A stretch of DNA of 64,000 nucleotides from contig CAZCCU010000001.1 of NCBI GenBank assembly GCA_964497645.1, positions 32,398 to 96,397 on the forward strand, in the 5' to 3' direction. This DNA is from an uncultured Methanosarcinales archaeon. Its GTDB lineage: Archaea > Nanobdellota > Nanobdellia > Woesearchaeales > ARS49. Made by a program: the position numbers and the translations under genes. Below the pieces are notes generated by a model that saw only the letters and a list, made by a program, of their open reading frames with translations, was not told the origin of the DNA and searched no databases. Positions 16,498-25,182 of the stretch are shown piece after piece (position 1 is the stretch's first letter; each line of letters opens with the position of its first letter).

Positions 16498-17580
16498 ATG
16501 CTAGACAGACTAGTCGTAAAAGAAACCCCTTATCCTGAAAGGATGAGCTGGGAGCTGGCAGAACAATGGGCAGACAGCATTCCAATACCATCAAAAATTG
16601 ACCCAAAAAGACCGGAATGGCCGCCAACACCAACATTAACAATTGACCTTTCTCCATTCGGCTATAGCCCAGTGCACGTAAAAAACGAGGCAGTACCTTC
16701 AAACCCAACGGAATCAATCAAAGACAGACCTGCTTTGGAAACAGCCAAACAATACGGATACTATGCAAGGACACTTCTCAAGTTGAGAAAACAGCTGAAC
16801 GGAAATATCGAAAGTCTGCCAGTACCAAGATTCTCCATAATCACCGCAAGAAAAGCAGGAGAAGCACTAGCAAAACAATGCGAAAAATACAATCTGCCAC
16901 CAATCAAATTACTTGTAGATTCTGCAGCACCAAGTTCTGTTGTAGAAGAACTTAAAATGCTGCCTGCAACAGACTTATACATTGCAGACTTGAGCAGAAA
17001 ACTAAAAGCCAAAGACATCAACAGACTGACAAACAATGAAAACGGAGTAAACTTAAGCTCAGTAGCTATAATTCAACCACAAAAATTCTACAATTGGCAC
17101 GTACACGAAGCATTCAACCAAACGCCAGATGAGATATACCTGCCATTTGGCTCTGGAAGACTGTTTGAAAACTACCTCTACTGGCAACACAAAACTCTAA
17201 CAAACGCAATAGAAGGAACACCAGACCCAAGACTAACCGCACCAGTAGAAAAAGTCATAGCAATAGACATACTGGCGGCAGAACCCCAAAAAACACGAAC
17301 CAGCAAAGCACGCGCGCTCACCAAAGCACACAACCCATTCAGAATATTTGAAGAAGACGACATATCAGCAATGAAATGCCTAGAAAGCACAAGCCAAGGC
17401 ACTGGCGTTTACAAAACAAAAGAAGAATACATCAAAGCAGCTGCAGAAATACTAAGCAAATACATGCCAACAGGACCATCAGCAGCAGCCGGACTAGCAT
17501 TATACATGCAACGATACGACAAAGGACTAGTTGACCCACGAAAAAAAGTCCTGATCGTCAACACAGGCAGAGACATATGA
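16498..17580 (+). CDS. Divergent fold-type-II (tryptophan synthase beta / threonine synthase / cysteine synthase-like) PLP-dependent enzyme
   Basis: NPTESIKDRPA matches the PLP-lysine motif NPTGSFKDR of this superfamily. A GSGR loop sits at the position of the phosphate-binding Gly loop. GPSAAAGLAL lies near the C-terminus. The ~60 aa N-terminal extension is unrecognised. Confidence 0.6.
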   Translation: MLDRLVVKETPYPERMSWELAEQWADSIPIPSKIDPKRPEWPPTPTLTIDLSPFGYSPVHVKNEAVPSNPTESIKDRPALETAKQYGYYARTLLKLRKQLNGNIESLPVPRFSIITARKAGEALAKQCEKYNLPPIKLLVDSAAPSSVVEELKMLPATDLYIADLSRKLKAKDINRLTNNENGVNLSSVAIIQPQKFYNWHVHEAFNQTPDEIYLPFGSGRLFENYLYWQHKTLTNAIEGTPDPRLTAPVEKVIAIDILAAEPQKTRTSKARALTKAHNPFRIFEEDDISAMKCLESTSQGTGVYKTKEEYIKAAAEILSKYMPTGPSAAAGLALYMQRYDKGLVDPRKKVLIVNTGRDI

Positions 17581-17723
17581 AAGTCAAAGTATCAATATCA
17601 ATGGACGAAGAAACGCTGAAACAGATAGAGGGAAAACTCGAAAGCAGCATATTTAGGAACAAAAGCCACTTCGTAGAGCATGCAGTAAAGAAACTTCTGA
17701 AGGAGCACGATGACAGAAACTAA
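17577..17723 (+). CDS. Unlisted 48-aa sORF, ribbon-helix-helix (CopG/Arc-like) protein candidate
   Basis: Hand translation gives MKVKVSISMDEETLKQIEGKLESSIFRNKSHFVEHAVKKLLKEHDDRN. This reads as a beta strand (VKVSISM), helix, then an NKSHFVEHAV helix, as in RHH proteins. ATGA overlap with the PLP-enzyme stop, and a 14-nt overlap with the kinase start. Confidence 0.55.
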   Translation: MKVKVSISMDEETLKQIEGKLESSIFRNKSHFVEHAVKKLLKEHDDRN

Positions 17724-19470
17724 ACTCGAGCCTAAAATAGAGGCATTACTCAAGGAAAATGGATATACGATAATCCGCAAACTTGGAGAAGGTCACACAA
17801 GAGACGTTTACGAAGCACTCTATAAGCACGGTAGCCTGGAAAAGGTCCGTGTGGTTAAAATTCCAAAAGAGTACATTGACGAAAATTCCATTACGACAGC
17901 CATTAACCGCTCAAAAGGAGACTTGGACGAACGCGAAGTCATAGCCTTAAACAAAGTTAAGCATCCCAATATCATAGAAATAAATGATGCATTCAAGATC
18001 GGCGACAAGACAATCACAGTTGAAGAGCATTATGAAGCCATTTCATTAGACCAACTTGTCCGATTTAGCAGGATAGCCGAGCCGGAGAAGTTCAAGAACA
18101 TATTCTTGCAAGTTGCAGCAGGCCTCGAACATTTGCACCAACGAGAAGGACTGTTGCACCGAGACATCAAGCCCTCAAACATACTCATTGGCATCCACGA
18201 TGGAAGCGTCAAGCTTTCAGACCTGCAGACAGCAGGCAAAATTGGGGACATAACAGAATCATTCCTACCAACCAGGGGCGGAACACAGTTTACTGCGCCA
18301 CAAATACTCAATGCGCTCCTAGACAAAAAAGAGGCAAAAGCAAATATTCAAAGCGAGTTTTACGCGTTAGGAGCAACAATGTTCTATTCTTTGACTGGCG
18401 AACCGTTGTTTAATACTGAATTGGTATCCGATGAACACGGAACATCAATTATTGTTGATGGAAAAATACTCAAGGCAACACTTAAACAGGATGGCAAACC
18501 AATAGGAAAGATCAATATTGGCGAACATGATGCGGTTTTGGAAAAACGCCTGAAACTTGTTTCCAGGCAATATAGAAAAATGCTCCGCAACTGCCTCAGC
18601 GTTCAACATCCAAAGTATGTTGATCATAACGCGCATTTTAATTTCAATCAAGACTTTGAAAATGCTGTCAACAAACGCATCATCCCATGGCAAACTATCA
18701 AAAGTTATGCAATCGGCTATACTGCTGTTGCTGGCATTATAACTGGTATTTTTGGCGGTATCAAATTAATAGAACTGCAGGGTAGACAGGAGCGCTTCAA
18801 AGAACCTGCAATACACGAAACCTTAAGGACGGGAATATATCCTGACGGCGGATTAGACTATCTTTTACAAAATTCTGACATTGCAGAACAGTTTATTCCT
18901 TATTTCAAGCAAATAAAGGAACAAGAAAATCCGTTAAAAGAGGGGAAAAAAGGAATATTTGCAGACCCACTTGACAATACAATTGATATGCAGAGAATGA
19001 GCAAACGCTTATGCTATTCAATAATGCGCAGCGCTCTCATGGAAGACAAAAAATTAAAACAAGAGGAGTACAAAGAAATACGCACAAATTCAGTTTTAGT
19101 GCCGAATGATTTTGTGAATAAATTTAATGAGAAAACCACTCCTGATGAATTCAGATATAGTTTCTATGCAATATTGCATTTAAAAAATCAACTTGGCAGC
19201 AATAAAACACTTGCCGATGTCAGTGCAGAATATTTCTGTGACAAAGAAGAATTATTTGAAGCACGCAAAAAGGCAAACAGTCTGAATTATTTTAAAACAA
19301 ACAAAAAAGGCCAAGAAATATCGGGTTATTCAGAATACCTTTCAGAAACAAAAAGAAACCTGATTAACAGGGCAATCGCACTGTATCACATAACTGACAA
19401 CGAAGGAGCAATTCATTACGATTTATTGGATTCTAATAACAGGCCTACTAAAGGACTTACTGACAAATAA
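17710..19470 (+). CDS. Membrane-spanning Hanks-type Ser/Thr protein kinase with an unrecognised ~220 aa C-terminal (probably extracytoplasmic) domain
   Basis: Gly-rich loop LGEGHTRDVY, VVKIP (catalytic Lys), HRDIKPSNILI catalytic loop, SDLQ in place of DFG, and TAPQ in place of APE. One TM helix (YAIGYTAVAGIITGIFGGIKLI). SD GAAGGAG lies 5-8 nt upstream. Confidence 0.8.
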   Translation: MTETKLEPKIEALLKENGYTIIRKLGEGHTRDVYEALYKHGSLEKVRVVKIPKEYIDENSITTAINRSKGDLDEREVIALNKVKHPNIIEINDAFKIGDKTITVEEHYEAISLDQLVRFSRIAEPEKFKNIFLQVAAGLEHLHQREGLLHRDIKPSNILIGIHDGSVKLSDLQTAGKIGDITESFLPTRGGTQFTAPQILNALLDKKEAKANIQSEFYALGATMFYSLTGEPLFNTELVSDEHGTSIIVDGKILKATLKQDGKPIGKINIGEHDAVLEKRLKLVSRQYRKMLRNCLSVQHPKYVDHNAHFNFNQDFENAVNKRIIPWQTIKSYAIGYTAVAGIITGIFGGIKLIELQGRQERFKEPAIHETLRTGIYPDGGLDYLLQNSDIAEQFIPYFKQIKEQENPLKEGKKGIFADPLDNTIDMQRMSKRLCYSIMRSALMEDKKLKQEEYKEIRTNSVLVPNDFVNKFNEKTTPDEFRYSFYAILHLKNQLGSNKTLADVSAEYFCDKEELFEARKKANSLNYFKTNKKGQEISGYSEYLSETKRNLINRAIALYHITDNEGAIHYDLLDSNNRPTKGLTDK

Positions 19471-20330
19471 AACTGCCTTATTGCGGCGGCAATGTGATAG
19501 AGAACAACATTTTCTTTCCCATTATTTTTCTGGATTATATCATAAAATTCTCTATAGAGTATCTCTTTTTCCAATTCGTGAATCTTTTCGAATTTAGATA
19601 AATCCTTTTTGACGTATCCTTCACTCAATAAATTAAATATTTTTCTTAACTGGGCATAAAATTCGGCATGCGTGAATTTTATCTTATTTTTATCTAAAAA
19701 TCTGTTCAGATGATATAATTCTCTCTGGCCGTGTATAAGTAATGTAAGAAATGACCATAACAAATATGCCTCACTGCCTGGTAAATTCTTTTTCGCAATC
19801 ACCCGACGACAAAAGTTGTCATATTGGTGGATTTTCAGTACAACTTCGTTATAATTATCGCTTATCTGTTTATTTCTCAGGCGTTCCTCGGTGATGTCTA
19901 TGAGCAAAGAAATGTTGTACAGGATTTTCCTGAAGAGAACGTCAAATTGTTCTTCTGAAGGCTCTGTAATATTTTCAACAATGCACGAATTCTTCTCTTT
20001 CTTCGTAACATCAAAGCCAACAATGTAATTTTTGATGACGTCCTTCACAATTGCATACTGTTTTTCGTCAGCAAAATTAACAACAATGCGGCTGTAGCCA
20101 GCGCGGTAAGTGTTCCACAGCGCCACACGGATAGAAGACTCTGAATAACTGGAAATATTGATGGTTGTCTGCTTTTTGACCTCTCTCGCTTCCTTGGAGA
20201 CAACCAGATTGCCGTTAGATTCCTCTATGTCGACCTCATCACCTTTTTTGAGGTGCACTTTGTGCGTCCACTTGCTTGGCAATGATACCATCAGCGTTGC
20301 TGCGCCCTGCCTGACAACTTTTCTTTTCAT
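19416..20330 (-). CDS. AbrB/SpoVT-domain plus PhoU-like-domain transcriptional regulator
   Basis: N-terminal MKRKVVRQGAATLMVSLPSKWTHKVHLKKGDEVDI (AbrB-type), followed by a ~230 aa helical PhoU-like region. It is a paralog of the gene at 49623-50543. Its 3' end overlaps the kinase 3' end by 55 nt. Confidence 0.7.
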   Translation of the reverse strand: MKRKVVRQGAATLMVSLPSKWTHKVHLKKGDEVDIEESNGNLVVSKEAREVKKQTTINISSYSESSIRVALWNTYRAGYSRIVVNFADEKQYAIVKDVIKNYIVGFDVTKKEKNSCIVENITEPSEEQFDVLFRKILYNISLLIDITEERLRNKQISDNYNEVVLKIHQYDNFCRRVIAKKNLPGSEAYLLWSFLTLLIHGQRELYHLNRFLDKNKIKFTHAEFYAQLRKIFNLLSEGYVKKDLSKFEKIHELEKEILYREFYDIIQKNNGKENVVLYHIAAAIRQFYLSVSPLVGLLLESNKS

Positions 20331-20456
20331 ATTATCGTCGGTGTATTGGCTTATATTTAAACTTTTTCTTTTATACTTATACTTTAAACTAGTATATATA
20401 GTTTAATAAAAAAGTATAAATCGCTCTCATGTCACTACTGAGCATTGGTGGTGAAA

Positions 20457-21518
20457 ATGACATTATTACAGAGACTTAAGCAAGCAGCAACTACAGCGTT
20501 GGCTACAATAACATTCTATTCTGGAGCATTCGCGCAGGATGCGCCACAACCGGAACGTGCTCCTGTCAGAACAGAAACAAGAATCTACGCAGAAACACGA
20601 CAAGACGCGGCAGTACAATCACTTGTTTTTTACGAAGGGCAAAAAGCCTTTGCACAAGTAGAAAAAGATGCGACAACTGTAGGAACAGATTTGAACTATG
20701 CAAATTTCAGACTAAATGCAGGATGGAGAGACACACTCGAGCAAGACTTTGGAAAAGCATATCTCTCATACAACACAAAAAACGGCTCACTCGGGCTTGA
20801 ATATGCAGTACTCGACCAAGCAGCAGACCTGGACAAAGTAATCTGGCTTGGCGGAATCAAGCTTGATGATGATTTTGGCTTAGAAGCAGCACTAGACACG
20901 GAAGGAAACAAAGCAGGAGTTTTGACATTTGAGAAAGACGGGCATACAGTTTATGTAGGCGGACATCTGAATGAAGACAACAAAGACTGGGAAGCAAACG
21001 CGTCATACAGCACCAAACTCCTTGGCGCAGGATTTTGGAGCTATATCAGAGTAGGCGACAACGACTTCCTCGAAGCACGCGCTTCACTCGGTTCAAAACA
21101 ATGGCTACAACGTGCCAAAGTATTTGGAGTGGATGATGACGACTTTAACACTCTAAGCACATTTGGAGATGCAACTTTTCCATTATTCTTCAAAAATTTC
21201 AGCCTTGGAAATGCTGAAATGTATGTTGGCAATGAAACTGGCGATTATGGCATTGATGCTCGATATGTTTATGAAAAATCTGCATCAGCACGCGGAGCAG
21301 TAAACGTCGGCGATTATTGGTTCTTGCACGATGTTACTCCTATCATAGAATATCGTCGAGACTTAGCTAATAATACAAACCACGTAATTGCAGGAATGCG
21401 AGTAGCGCTCGGAGATTCCGGACTAAGAATCTGGTATCACGAACACATAGACGAAGACACGCGCGGAAAATGGGACAACGGCCACGCAGTAATGCTGGAA
21501 TGGAAGAAGGAGTTTTGA
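20457..21518 (+). CDS. Secreted beta-strand-rich protein with C-terminal Phe (outer-membrane-barrel-like features)
   Basis: ATG 20457 is preceded by GGTGGTGA (SD). The signal peptide is MTLLQRLKQAATTALATITFYSGAFA|QD. There are many alternating hydrophobic/polar stretches with aromatic ends (SLGLEYAVL, GFWSYIRVG, YGIDARYVYE, GLRIWYHEH). It ends ...AVMLEWKKEF. Confidence 0.55.
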   Translation: MTLLQRLKQAATTALATITFYSGAFAQDAPQPERAPVRTETRIYAETRQDAAVQSLVFYEGQKAFAQVEKDATTVGTDLNYANFRLNAGWRDTLEQDFGKAYLSYNTKNGSLGLEYAVLDQAADLDKVIWLGGIKLDDDFGLEAALDTEGNKAGVLTFEKDGHTVYVGGHLNEDNKDWEANASYSTKLLGAGFWSYIRVGDNDFLEARASLGSKQWLQRAKVFGVDDDDFNTLSTFGDATFPLFFKNFSLGNAEMYVGNETGDYGIDARYVYEKSASARGAVNVGDYWFLHDVTPIIEYRRDLANNTNHVIAGMRVALGDSGLRIWYHEHIDEDTRGKWDNGHAVMLEWKKEF

Positions 21519-21527
21519 GGTGAAAAA

Positions 21528-22610
21528 ATGAAACAAACAATTATGATAATTTTGACATTGCTGCTTTTAGCAGCATGCGTACAAGTTGAAGAGCCTATTG
21601 AAAAAGTAAAAGTAGGCGTTATTTTGCCGTTAACCGGCGCGCAAGGGAATTATGGAGAAGGCATCACAAAAGGCATAGAACTTGCGCTCAAAGAAGTCAA
21701 TAATTTAGAAGTAATCTATGAGGATGAGCAGAGCGAAACCAAGGCGGCAGTAACAGCATACAACAAGCTAACAGATGTCGATGGAGTAAAAATAATCGTC
21801 GGCCCAGTTTTATCCGGCTCAATGCTCGGAATAGCGCCTCTCGCAGAACAAAAGAAAACAATAATTTTAGGGCCAACAGCGGTTGCGAACAAAATTTCTG
21901 ACGCAGGCGACTATACATTCAGAATACGAGAAATAGCAACAGGCCACGGCAAAACAATGGCAGAATACGCCATAGCCAAAGGCTGGAAAAAAGGAGCAAT
22001 GCTCAATGCAAATGCAGAAGGCACACTAGCCTACGCAAACCCATTTGCAACACGCTATTTAGAACTTGGCGGCACACTTTCCGTGCAAGAATTGTATGAT
22101 AAAGATTCAGGAGACGCACGAACACAGCTGAGTAAAATAATAGCAGCAAAGCCCGAAGTCATCTATACATCAGGATTTGCAAAAGATGTAGGATTAAACA
22201 TGAAAATAGCCCGCGAACTCGGCTATACAGGGCCATTCTTGACAACGCCTGCAATGGAAGACAAGGCATTCCTTACAGCTGCACAAGGTGCAGGAGAAGG
22301 AGCAATCTACACCTCAGGATTCGATCCAAACACACAGCAAGCACAAGAATTCAAGCAAAAATATGCAACAACTTACAACGACCCGAATTTCTCCTGGTTT
22401 ATTGCAAATGCGTATGACGCGCTGAAATTAATCTCAAAGATTGTTGAACAATGCAACGAAGATACAGACTGCATCAAACAACAGCTCTACGCAACCAAAA
22501 ACTACCAAGGAGCAAGCGGAACATTTAGCTTTGACGAAAAAGGCGATGTTGACAGACCGCTTATTCTTATGCAGGTCAAGGATGGCGGATTTGTTCCAGC
22601 TGAAGGATAG
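21528..22610 (+). CDS. Liv-type (periplasmic binding protein type 1) substrate-binding lipoprotein, paralog 1
   Basis: Lipobox LLLAAC, then KVGVILPLTGAQGNYGEG, typical of LivJ/K-like amino-acid binding proteins. SD GAGGTGA. Confidence 0.85.
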   Translation: MKQTIMIILTLLLLAACVQVEEPIEKVKVGVILPLTGAQGNYGEGITKGIELALKEVNNLEVIYEDEQSETKAAVTAYNKLTDVDGVKIIVGPVLSGSMLGIAPLAEQKKTIILGPTAVANKISDAGDYTFRIREIATGHGKTMAEYAIAKGWKKGAMLNANAEGTLAYANPFATRYLELGGTLSVQELYDKDSGDARTQLSKIIAAKPEVIYTSGFAKDVGLNMKIARELGYTGPFLTTPAMEDKAFLTAAQGAGEGAIYTSGFDPNTQQAQEFKQKYATTYNDPNFSWFIANAYDALKLISKIVEQCNEDTDCIKQQLYATKNYQGASGTFSFDEKGDVDRPLILMQVKDGGFVPAEG

Positions 22611-22612
22611 AA

Positions 22613-23731
22613 GTGACAAAGATCTCACTTATAATTATGCTGTTTTTTTTAGCAGCGTGCGCACAACAAATAGGAGAATCGAAGCTAGTCGAAAAACCCG
22701 TAATCAAAATCGGCATTTCAACACTTCTTTCAGGCGATTTCGCATCTCTTGGTGAAAATATAGTGAACAGCGCTAAACTTGCAGCTGAAGAGCTTGCACC
22801 AGATTTGAACATTGAATTTATTATTGAGGATACCAAATGCGGGCAAAATCAGGGCCTTACAGCAACCAAGAAGTTAGTTGAAGTAGACGATATCAAAGTA
22901 ATCATAGGTGGAACGTGCAGTGATGACACAATGGCATCAGCGCCATACGTCAATGAAGCAAAAGTTGTCTATATCACACCTGTTACGGGCGGAAGCAATA
23001 TTGACAATGCAGGAGAATACGTCTTCAGAACAGGAAACGCAGACGTACAGGCCGGGATACAGCCTGCTCATGATTTTATCGAGAAGTTTAACTTTACAAA
23101 AGCGGCTATTCTAACGGAGCAAAGAGAATATACAATTGACATCCGCGACCATTTCAAGAAAGAATTTGAAAAACTAGGTGGAGAAGTTGTAATAGATGAA
23201 GAATTTATACCAGATACAAAAGACTTCAGAACCACACTTTTGAAAGTAAAACGAGAAAAACCAGACGCAATACTGATTTTAAGTCAGCTTGGAACAACAG
23301 GTGCGCATTTCCTCAAGCAAGCAAGAGAACTTGGCTTTGATGAACCAATGTTCACCACTTTTATAACTGTTGTGAATGATAATGCCAAACAAATAGCAGG
23401 CGATGCGATGAATGGCGTATATTTCTACGACCCCGACTATGATGTAAACAAGCCAGAACTCAAAGCATTCTTTGCAAAATACAAGGAAAAATACGGAAAA
23501 GACCCAGTAATACCATTCCACTCAGCAGCAACGTATGACACTGTTAGAATTTTGGTTGATGCAATACGTTCAGTAGGCAATGACGGCGAAAAAGTACATG
23601 ATTGGCTGCTCAACAACGTTAAAGACTATGATGGATTCATGGGAAACTTCAGCTTTGATGAAAAAGGCAATGTGCAGACAGGATTCAAGCTGAAAGTTGT
23701 GCAGGATGGGGAGTTTGTGGAAGTAAAATGA
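22613..23731 (+). CDS. Liv-type substrate-binding lipoprotein, paralog 2
   Basis: GTG start, lipobox FFLAAC, KIGISTLLSGDFASLGEN, C-terminal GNFSFDEKGN. Confidence 0.85.
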   Translation: MTKISLIIMLFFLAACAQQIGESKLVEKPVIKIGISTLLSGDFASLGENIVNSAKLAAEELAPDLNIEFIIEDTKCGQNQGLTATKKLVEVDDIKVIIGGTCSDDTMASAPYVNEAKVVYITPVTGGSNIDNAGEYVFRTGNADVQAGIQPAHDFIEKFNFTKAAILTEQREYTIDIRDHFKKEFEKLGGEVVIDEEFIPDTKDFRTTLLKVKREKPDAILILSQLGTTGAHFLKQARELGFDEPMFTTFITVVNDNAKQIAGDAMNGVYFYDPDYDVNKPELKAFFAKYKEKYGKDPVIPFHSAATYDTVRILVDAIRSVGNDGEKVHDWLLNNVKDYDGFMGNFSFDEKGNVQTGFKLKVVQDGEFVEVK

Positions 23732-24030
23732 ACATGGAACAATTAGTCAAACTTGGAAAGAGAGTACGCTGGTGGGGACAGCTAGGTTCTCAATATAGAG
23801 GCCACTACAAAGGCATAGAGATAGTAACCTCGTACATAGGACCGAGTTATTACAGTCTTACCGCACATTTGGACGGTGTTATTGTGGGCAACCACTTTCA
23901 CGTCGATCTGGTTGAAGAGTTTTACAATTATGTGAACTCAAAATACAAGCAACATACAGAGATGTATGAGCGATTGCACAAGAAACACGAAGACGCAACA
24001 ATAAGGAAAGCGCGGAGCATGCTGAAATGA
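23728..24030 (+). CDS. Hypothetical protein (100 aa) embedded in the binding-protein operon
   Basis: ATGA overlap with the preceding gene. No signal peptide and no recognisable motif. Confidence 0.4.
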   Translation: MNMEQLVKLGKRVRWWGQLGSQYRGHYKGIEIVTSYIGPSYYSLTAHLDGVIVGNHFHVDLVEEFYNYVNSKYKQHTEMYERLHKKHEDATIRKARSMLK

Positions 24031-24069
24031 CCAAAACTATATATTATTTGGACATTTTGAGGAGATGAA

Positions 24070-25173
24070 ATGAGAACAAAACTGGCATTTGGAATTATTG
24101 CATTATTTTTACTGGCAGCATGCGCACAGCCAGTTGAGAAAGTAGAACCAATCAAAATAGGAGCAGTGTTCCCGCTGACAGGAGCATGGGCAACAGGAGC
24201 AGAAGCAGGACAAAGAGGAATATTAATTGCTTTAGATGAAATAAACGCGCAAGGCGGAATTAATAGCAGACCAGTAGAAGTTATTTTTGAAGATACTAAA
24301 AGCGAAGTCCCGCAAGCAGTAACAGCAGCACAAAAACTCATCAACGTTGACAAACTGCCAATAATTATCGGCGGATTCACAAGCGCAGAATCAATCGCAA
24401 TCGCACCAATAGCCCAAGAAACAAAAACAGTACTATTTGTCCCATTATCACTAACGACAGAATTGGAAAAAGCAGGAGAATGGGTATTCAAGCTAAGAGA
24501 AAGCACAAGCTTACACGCAGACATCACACTAAAAGAAATGGCGAAAAGAGGATACAAGAAACTAGGCATAATAGCGCAATCATGGGAAGCATGCGATGAT
24601 TTCCTAGAACAAATGGGGCCATTGTATGCCAAACACGGCATAACGCTTGTTTCAGTAGAGAAATATGGCGGAAAAGACACGGACATGAGAACACAAATAG
24701 CAAAACTCAAAGAAGCAGACATAGACACGTGGTTTGCATGCGGTGCTTATCAGGACACAGGATTAGTGTTCAAGCAATCAAAAGAACTGGGCTTCAACAA
24801 ACCAGCATTCGGAATGGTAGCAGTAGAAAGCAAAAAACTCTTCGAAGTAGCAGGAGACGCAGCAGAAGGAGCAATCTTCGGCAGCACCAAATGGTCATGC
24901 GACAACGCGCAAGCATTCTGCGACACGTTTAAGCAGAAATATAATTCAACACCTGATTATCGTGCAGCATTTGGTTACGATGCCTTGAAAATTGTGGCAG
25001 AAGCAATCAAACGTGAAGGATATTCTTCAGAAGGAATACAAAAAGGACTCCTAAGCATACAAGACTATGTAGGAGCAGGCGGCAAAACAAGCTTTGACGC
25101 AGAAGGAAACGCGCAAAAAGAAGTCATCTTAAAGCAAGTGAAGGGAGACAAGTTTGTAGAATTAAAAGAATAA
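24070..25173 (+). CDS. Liv-type substrate-binding lipoprotein, paralog 3
   Basis: SD GAGGAG, lipobox LLLAAC, KIGAVFPLTGAWATGAEAG, C-terminal GKTSFDAEGN. Confidence 0.85.
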   Translation: MRTKLAFGIIALFLLAACAQPVEKVEPIKIGAVFPLTGAWATGAEAGQRGILIALDEINAQGGINSRPVEVIFEDTKSEVPQAVTAAQKLINVDKLPIIIGGFTSAESIAIAPIAQETKTVLFVPLSLTTELEKAGEWVFKLRESTSLHADITLKEMAKRGYKKLGIIAQSWEACDDFLEQMGPLYAKHGITLVSVEKYGGKDTDMRTQIAKLKEADIDTWFACGAYQDTGLVFKQSKELGFNKPAFGMVAVESKKLFEVAGDAAEGAIFGSTKWSCDNAQAFCDTFKQKYNSTPDYRAAFGYDALKIVAEAIKREGYSSEGIQKGLLSIQDYVGAGGKTSFDAEGNAQKEVILKQVKGDKFVELKE

Positions 25174-25182
25174 ATAAAAAGC

